Shown here piece by piece: positions 58,528 to 64,000 of a stretch of DNA of 64,000 bases. Source of the DNA: Vulcanimicrobiota bacterium (GTDB taxonomy: Bacteria > Vulcanimicrobiota > Vulcanimicrobiia > Vulcanimicrobiales > Vulcanimicrobiaceae); the NCBI GenBank assembly GCA_963714015.1, contig OY970223.1, forward strand, positions 576,001 to 640,000, written 5' to 3'. The notes below the pieces were generated by a model, which made no database searches, was not told the DNA's origin, and saw nothing but the letters and a program-made list of their open reading frames with translations. Every line of letters starts with the position of its first letter. The stretch's first letter is position 1. Made by a program: the position numbers and the translations under genes.

Positions 58528-59805
58528 GCGTCCGCAGCGGCCAAAAGCATGGCTCGCGCGGCTGCGAATATGCGCGCTGCGGACTGGCGGTGGAGACGGC
58601 CGTGGGCGTCGGCTTCCGGCGGCAGCAGAATCATTTGCGCATTAGCCTCAAAGACAGCAACGATTCCTGCGGGCGTCATGCCGAAATCGATGCCGGCGTA
58701 ATCGAGCGCAAGGGTGGCGGCGACGCGCTGCAGTGAGGCGATCGCAGCGGCGCCTATCGCCGACTCCGGCGCATCGAGAAACCGGCGCTCCTCACGTTCG
58801 AATGCTTCGTTTCCCACCGTTTCCGAATGCATATAGTGCACTTTCCATTCTCGGGAGACGGCTAAATGCGCGGGATACAACTGACCGTCCACGATCATCA
58901 TCCGGTATTTGCGAATGTAGCCGTCGCTCGAGCGCGTGTCGATGAACTCCATCGCCAGAAGATCGTCTCCGGGCAAATCACGAAGCGCGGCTTGAAATCC
59001 GGCAGCGTCGTCCACCCGGAGAAAGTAACGGCCGGTATGGTGGCCGGGCACCCGAAGCAGAAACGGAAAATCGAACGGCGGTGCGGCTCGGCGGTCGATC
59101 GCGATCGCGGCAGCCGCGCGCACGTTTTCGATAGCCGTTAACTGTTTTGCGTTTGCCGCCCGGCCCGTACGCGCAACCGCTTGCGGATCGTTGATTATGC
59201 GCGAACTCGAATTGGCTGCAATCGCGGATGCGCGCTCGAGTGCGCGCCCGCTGCGGTCCGCATCCGCGACGGCGTTGAATATGAATGCGTGAGGCGGCAG
59301 CTGCAGACTGTTCGGGCGCATAGTCGACGACCAGTTCCCGTACCAAGTACGTACCGTCGTCCAGCAGAAAATCCGTGTAGACGTTTCCGCCTTTACCGCT
59401 GACAAGCAGCAAGACTGGAATCGGGCGCCCGGAACCGGTGAATGCGCGGGGTCTCAGCCATCGATCTTTGAACGCGATCGCGCGATGACGTTCCGCGCCC
59501 GCCTCGTCGCCTTCACGCGAGAGAACGTAGCTTAGGCCTTCATGCGCTTCTTGCAAACCCTGACGCAGGAGAATGGCCTGCCCAAACCGCTCGCGCGCTG
59601 CGGCCATTTCGCCCGAAGCGAAAGCAACATTGGCCAGCCCCAAGTGAACGAATGCGTTCGAGGGCTCGAGCCGCAGCAGGCGTTCGTACGCTAGACGAGC
59701 GGCACTCCGGCGGCCGGTTCGCAGCGCCAGTGCGGCGATTCCGAAGAGCGCTGCCCGGTCGTCGGGATTCCGGGCGAGCGCCGCAAGAAACTCGGACTCG
59801 GTTAC
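58524..59805 (-). CDS. TPR-repeat protein fused to RimK-like ATP-grasp domain (+1 frameshift at 59307; start uncertain)
   Basis: TPR helices; FNAVADAD, IINDP, LLR.PG.H.G, EFID, RKYR, LDYAGIDF, FEAN; deleting A59307 joins the frames. Confidence 0.72.
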
Positions 59806-60956
59806 GAGTAGAGTCCCATGTTCCGCGCGATTACCAAGCGCTGCACCTCGTTCGTCCCTTCCCCGATCTCGTTGATTTTTTGATCGCGATACATGCGTGA
59901 AATGGGATACTCGTCCATGAATCCGTAACCGCCGTGAATCTGGAGGCCTTCGTTCACGCAGCGCCGGGAGACTTCGGCCGCGTAGAGCTTGGCCAAGCTG
60001 GCGGTCTGTGCGAACTCGCGTCCGTTGTCTTTCTCCCACGCGGCTTTGAGCACCATGAGCTCGGCGTGCTCGATTTCGGTCAGCATGTCGACCAATTTGA
60101 ACTGAATCGCTTGGAACTTGCTTATTGGGCGGCCGAACGCGACGCGTTCCTTTGCGTATTTCATTCCTTCGTCGTATGCGCCGCGCGCAAGGCCGACGGA
60201 GAGCGCCGCTACCGAGATGCGCCCCGCGTCGAGAATCGTCAAGAAGTTCCGCAATCCCTCACCGCGCTCGCCGAGTATGTTTTCAGCCGGAACTTCTGCG
60301 TCGGTGAACGCCAGCTCGCGCGTATCCGACGCGCGCCAGCCCATTTTCTTGTATTTTTTGCTGCGAGTGAAGCCGGGCGTGCTCTGTTCCACGATAAGAT
60401 TCGTAATCTCGGGCTTTCCGTCAGGCCGGCTGCCGGTCACGGCCGTAATCGTGGTTCCCGCGCTGATGTCCGTGCCGCTGTTGGTGATGAACGCCTTGGT
60501 GCCGTTGACGATCCACTTACCGTCTCGGAGCACCGCCTTCGTTTGCGTATTGCCCGCGTCGCTGCCGGCGTTCGGCTCCGTCAAGCCGAATCCCCAAAGC
60601 ACCTTGCCCTGCGCGAGCGGCACGAGATACTTCTGCTTTTGCTCTTCCGTACCGAACAGATAGAAAGGGCTCGCACCCAGGGAAACGTGCGCCGCCATCG
60701 TGATGGCCGTCGAGGCATCGACCCTCGCCAGTTCCATCACGGCAAGCGCATAACTCACCGTATCCGCGCCGGCACCGCCATATTTCTCAGGAAAGGGCAA
60801 GCCCATCAGTCCGAGCTCGGCCATCTGCTTGACGAGATCGTAAGGGAAGGCTTCTTCGCGGTCCATTTCCTCGGCCCGCGGCGCGACACGCTCGATCGCA
60901 AACTCGCGAACCGTCTGGCGAATGGCCTTTTGTTCGTCGGAAAGGTCAAAATTCAT
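59802..60956 (-). CDS. Acyl-CoA dehydrogenase
   Basis: FPEKYGG, FGLTEPNAGSD, NGTKAFITN, R.AFGRPI..FQ, QIHGGYG, IGEGTNEVQ. Confidence 0.95.
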   Translation of the reverse strand: MNFDLSDEQKAIRQTVREFAIERVAPRAEEMDREEAFPYDLVKQMAELGLMGLPFPEKYGGAGADTVSYALAVMELARVDASTAITMAAHVSLGASPFYLFGTEEQKQKYLVPLAQGKVLWGFGLTEPNAGSDAGNTQTKAVLRDGKWIVNGTKAFITNSGTDISAGTTITAVTGSRPDGKPEITNLIVEQSTPGFTRSKKYKKMGWRASDTRELAFTDAEVPAENILGERGEGLRNFLTILDAGRISVAALSVGLARGAYDEGMKYAKERVAFGRPISKFQAIQFKLVDMLTEIEHAELMVLKAAWEKDNGREFAQTASLAKLYAAEVSRRCVNEGLQIHGGYGFMDEYPISRMYRDQKINEIGEGTNEVQRLVIARNMGLYS

Positions 60957-61005
60957 GATTGCCGGAGGTATCCGTACGGCCGATTTGAAAACTCCTTTTG
61001 CAGCG

Positions 61006-61716
61006 ATGATCTCATTACGCGCCGTCTCTCTCGTGTACCCGAACGGAGTCCGCGCCATCGACGGCATCGATCTGGAGATCGGCAAAGGGGATTTCGTCTT
61101 CCTCGTCGGGCACTCCGGAACCGGAAAATCCAGCCTTCTCCGCCTTCTTTACCGCGAAATGACGCCGACGACCGGATCCATTACCGTCGACGGCATTCGC
61201 GTCGACCAGCTCCGGCGCGGAAGGGTTCCCATGCTGCGGCGGCATCTCGGAGTCGTCTTTCAGGACTACAAACTGCTCACGGACAAGACGGTGTGGGAAA
61301 ACGTAGCGTTCGCTTTACAAGTGACCGGCGCACATACCAAGGACGTCGTGCGGCAAGTACCGCGCGTCCTCGACTTGGTAGGCTTGGCCCATAAAGCGCG
61401 CATGTATCCGAACGAACTCTCCGGCGGAGAGCAGCAGCGCAGCGCCATCGCCCGCGCGCTGGTCAACAATCCCAAGATCCTGCTCTGTGACGAGCCGACC
61501 GGCAATCTGGATCCGGCAAACACTTCCGAGATCATGGATCTGCTGCAGCGCATCAACCTGAAGGGCACGACGGTGCTCGTCGCCACGCACAATCAAGCCG
61601 TCGTCGATCGAATGCGGCGCCGGGTCGTCCGCCTTGAAAACGGACGTATCGTCACTGACGAAGAGCGGGGATATTACTTCCTTGGACTGGGGCAAAACCA
61701 AATTCTTTCTGGGTGA
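61006..61716 (+). CDS. ftsE: Cell division ATP-binding protein FtsE
   Basis: GHSGTGKS, VFQDYKLL, LSGGEQQR, DEPTGNLD, ATH; upstream of ftsX. Confidence 0.93.
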   Translation: MISLRAVSLVYPNGVRAIDGIDLEIGKGDFVFLVGHSGTGKSSLLRLLYREMTPTTGSITVDGIRVDQLRRGRVPMLRRHLGVVFQDYKLLTDKTVWENVAFALQVTGAHTKDVVRQVPRVLDLVGLAHKARMYPNELSGGEQQRSAIARALVNNPKILLCDEPTGNLDPANTSEIMDLLQRINLKGTTVLVATHNQAVVDRMRRRVVRLENGRIVTDEERGYYFLGLGQNQILSG

Positions 61717-62563
61717 GGTTCTTCGGAACTTCACCCGCAATGCCGGCATGCAGGCAACCGCTATCGGAACCGTCGCGGTGACGATCGTTCTGCTCGGCAT
61801 CTTTTTGTACGTTCGCGCAAGCATCGCGCACTTGAGCAGCGACGTCTTCAGTCAGATCACGATCTCGACGTACATGAAGACGGACGCGAGCGCGGCCCAA
61901 GTGGCCGCCGTCCGCACCGCGCTGGCGAAAGATCTGCGGGTGGCCAGCGCGCAGTACATTCCGAAAAAACAAGGCCTCGAAGAGCTGCGGCAGCGGATGA
62001 AAGGCCAAGTCGACACCAGCCTGCTGACGGAGAATCCGCTCCCCGATAAGTTCCGCGTCTCCATGCACGATCCGAATGAGGTTTCCGCCGTAGCGGCTTC
62101 GATCCGTAAACTCCCGGGCGTCGAAAACGTCGACTACGGGCAAGACGTCGTAAAGCGCCTGCTGCAGCTCGCAAACGTTGCCCATCGGGCCGGTCTTGCC
62201 GTCATAACGCTGTTCATCCTCGTCGCAGGAATCATCATTTCCAACACGATCCGGCTGACGGTTTTTGCCCGCCGCCGCGAGATCTCGATCATGCAGCTCG
62301 TCGGCGCCACGAACATGTACATTCGCATGCCGTTTATCTGTGAAGGGCTCCTTGACGGCTTGCTCGGCGCGGGTCTCGCGATCGCCGTGCTTGCTATTGC
62401 GCGCGCCTCGTTGGTACCCAAGGTGGCAGCCGCCCTTCCCTGGGTGCAGATCAACGTCGTTCAAATCGATCTGTCATCGCTCGTTCTCCAGCTGATTGCT
62501 GTCGGCGCCGCCGTCGGTATCGTCGCCTCGTGGATATCGGTCGGACGATACCTGCGGACGTAG
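61682..62563 (+). CDS. ftsX: Cell division permease FtsX
   Basis: NPLP, ISNTIRL.VFARRREI.IM.LVGA...IR.PF..EG. Confidence 0.93.
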   Translation: MDWGKTKFFLGEVLRNFTRNAGMQATAIGTVAVTIVLLGIFLYVRASIAHLSSDVFSQITISTYMKTDASAAQVAAVRTALAKDLRVASAQYIPKKQGLEELRQRMKGQVDTSLLTENPLPDKFRVSMHDPNEVSAVAASIRKLPGVENVDYGQDVVKRLLQLANVAHRAGLAVITLFILVAGIIISNTIRLTVFARRREISIMQLVGATNMYIRMPFICEGLLDGLLGAGLAIAVLAIARASLVPKVAAALPWVQINVVQIDLSSLVLQLIAVGAAVGIVASWISVGRYLRT

Positions 62564-63600
62564 GCCGGGAACTGAACGGTGCCCTGGCCCTGGCCGACGC
62601 ATTATTGGAAGTCCCCGCGGAGGGAATCATTCACCTGGACAGCGGCCGCAAAATAGCGCGTTTCAACCGTTCGGCGCAGCGCATTCTGGGCTACGCGCCT
62701 GTCGGCATCATCGGCAGCGACTTTTCGGATTTGCTGCACCCTTCGAATCGCAGCGACGTGTTTCGCCTCTCCTCGTCGGCGGATCCGCTGGTGACCGGGC
62801 TCACGCTGCGCGACTCTCGCGGCGACGCCGTTCCGGTCCGCGCGCGCTGCATGGCCGTCGTGCGCGATGATGCCGACGAGGGCTGGGCCATCGCCTTTCA
62901 AAGCAAGAAGCGCGCCGAAGAGATCGAGCAGCTCAAGAGCGAAATCGTAAGCACCGTTTCGCACGAGCTGAAGACGCCGCTGACGACGATTAAGGCCTAT
63001 GCCGCGACGCTAAGACAAAATCCGGCGCTGCACGAAACGCATCGTGAGGAGTTTTTGAGCGTCGTCGAGCAGCAAGCGGACCGGCTCTCGCGCATGGTGG
63101 ACGACATGCTGCTCGTCGCCCGCGTCGAAACGGCGCAGCTTTTGCGCAAGCGCGAGATGCTCGAGCTGGATAAACTCCTGGATCACGTGATCTCCGAAGT
63201 GCGTCCGGACCCGGTGCTGCACCCCGTAAACCGCAGCTTTGCCGGAATTCAAGTCTCGGGCGATCCGGATCGCTTGAGCGACGTGCTCCGCAACCTGTTG
63301 GAAAACGCCGTAAAGTATTCGCCCGGCGGCGGAGCAATCGACGTCGCAGCAGCGCAGGATGAATCCCGCACCACCATTACGATCGCCGATTGCGGGATCG
63401 GCATCTCCGAGGAGCATCTCCCGTTCATCTTCGACCGGTTCTACCGTGCCGAGGAAGAGGGCGCGCAGGGCGTCGGCGGCAGCGGTTTGGGACTGTACAT
63501 CACGCAAGCGCTGGTGCGCGCGCACGGCGGCACGATCGCGGTGCGCAGTCGCAAGGGAGAAGGCACCACATTTACGCTCTCCCTTCCGGTGCGCCGTTGA
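62530..63600 (+). CDS. Cytoplasmic PAS-domain sensor histidine kinase (start uncertain)
   Basis: PAS (FNRSAQRILGY), SHELKTPLT, NLLENAVKYS, DCGIGI, IFDRFYR, GSGLGL. Confidence 0.9.
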   Translation: MDIGRTIPADVGRELNGALALADALLEVPAEGIIHLDSGRKIARFNRSAQRILGYAPVGIIGSDFSDLLHPSNRSDVFRLSSSADPLVTGLTLRDSRGDAVPVRARCMAVVRDDADEGWAIAFQSKKRAEEIEQLKSEIVSTVSHELKTPLTTIKAYAATLRQNPALHETHREEFLSVVEQQADRLSRMVDDMLLVARVETAQLLRKREMLELDKLLDHVISEVRPDPVLHPVNRSFAGIQVSGDPDRLSDVLRNLLENAVKYSPGGGAIDVAAAQDESRTTITIADCGIGISEEHLPFIFDRFYRAEEEGAQGVGGSGLGLYITQALVRAHGGTIAVRSRKGEGTTFTLSLPVRR

Positions 63601-64000
63601 GGCGGCTTGACGAAACGGCCGGCCGCCGCATTCTGGTCGTCGACGACGATCGCAATCTACGCAAGATCATCCAAACGAACCTCGAGCTCGCCGGCTACGA
63701 CGTCACGACCGCAGCGAACGGCGGCGAAGCGCTGCGCATTCTGGATGCGATACAACCGGATCTGGTGCTTTTGGACGTCATGATGCCGATGATGGACGGT
63801 TACGAGCTCGCCCGGCGGATTCGCCGTCATCCCTCGAACACGCACGTGCCGATCATCATGCTGACCGCCAAAGGCGAGGTCGAAGACAAACTCGCCGGCT
63901 TCGACGCGGGCGTCGACGACTACATGACCAAGCCGTTCGGGCCGCAGGAGTTGCTCGCGCGCGTAAAGGCTAAAATCCGCCGGGTCGAGGTGGACTCCTC
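63597..64000 (+). CDS. Response regulator receiver domain (truncated by window edge)
   Basis: TTGA overlap; ILVVDDD, PDLVLLDVMMP.MDG, PIIMLTAK, DDYMTKPF. Confidence 0.9.
   Translation, partial: MRRLDETAGRRILVVDDDRNLRKIIQTNLELAGYDVTTAANGGEALRILDAIQPDLVLLDVMMPMMDGYELARRIRRHPSNTHVPIIMLTAKGEVEDKLAGFDAGVDDYMTKPFGPQELLARVKAKIRRVEVDS

Overview
GC-rich (~60%) bacterial chromosomal window, densely coding, mostly housekeeping, envelope and metabolic genes. I found no rRNA, tRNA, CRISPR array, transposase or prophage. Diderm envelope genes (LptF/G, LptD-like, LptC-like, Lnt), many Pro/Thr-rich secreted proteins and frequent stop/start overlaps suggest a diderm Terrabacteria lineage such as Eremiobacterota (inference only). 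Order: kdpA(partial)-kdpB-kdpC; hydrolase, ICMT, Crp; a soluble tandem-duplicated KdpD N-terminal protein divergent from a sensor kinase/NarL regulator/MEDS unit; slt-lptF-lptD; lipoproteins and an unlisted metallothionein; lnt-lptC; two KGG stress proteins; D-aminoacylase, paiB; polA-DUF192-mutM-rpsA-coaE; a ~160-nt inverted-repeat element; a short alpha-2-macroglobulin-like gene; FAH, pntA1A2B; cysteine desulfurase-like gene, ABC solute-binding protein; lrp-kdd-kamA; P450, yciH, LOG; a single-chain lipoyl-lipoyl-E2-E1 2-oxoglutarate dehydrogenase; LysR opposite a Tat/DsrE-like-tsdA-yeiH unit; rmuC, Prx, DUF695, TPR-ATP-grasp, acyl-CoA dehydrogenase; ftsEX, kinase, response regulator. Seven genes carry clear single +1 frameshifts (an eighth is probable), and six can be repaired at an AGCT tetramer, which suggests methylation-linked basecalling errors rather than pseudogenes. 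Best novelty candidates: the tandem-KdpD/non-KdpE signalling locus, the TsdA-DsrE-like-YeiH sulfur module, the self-contained fused OGDH, the structured element upstream of polA, and apparent non-canonical start codons (ATC, CTG, GTA).
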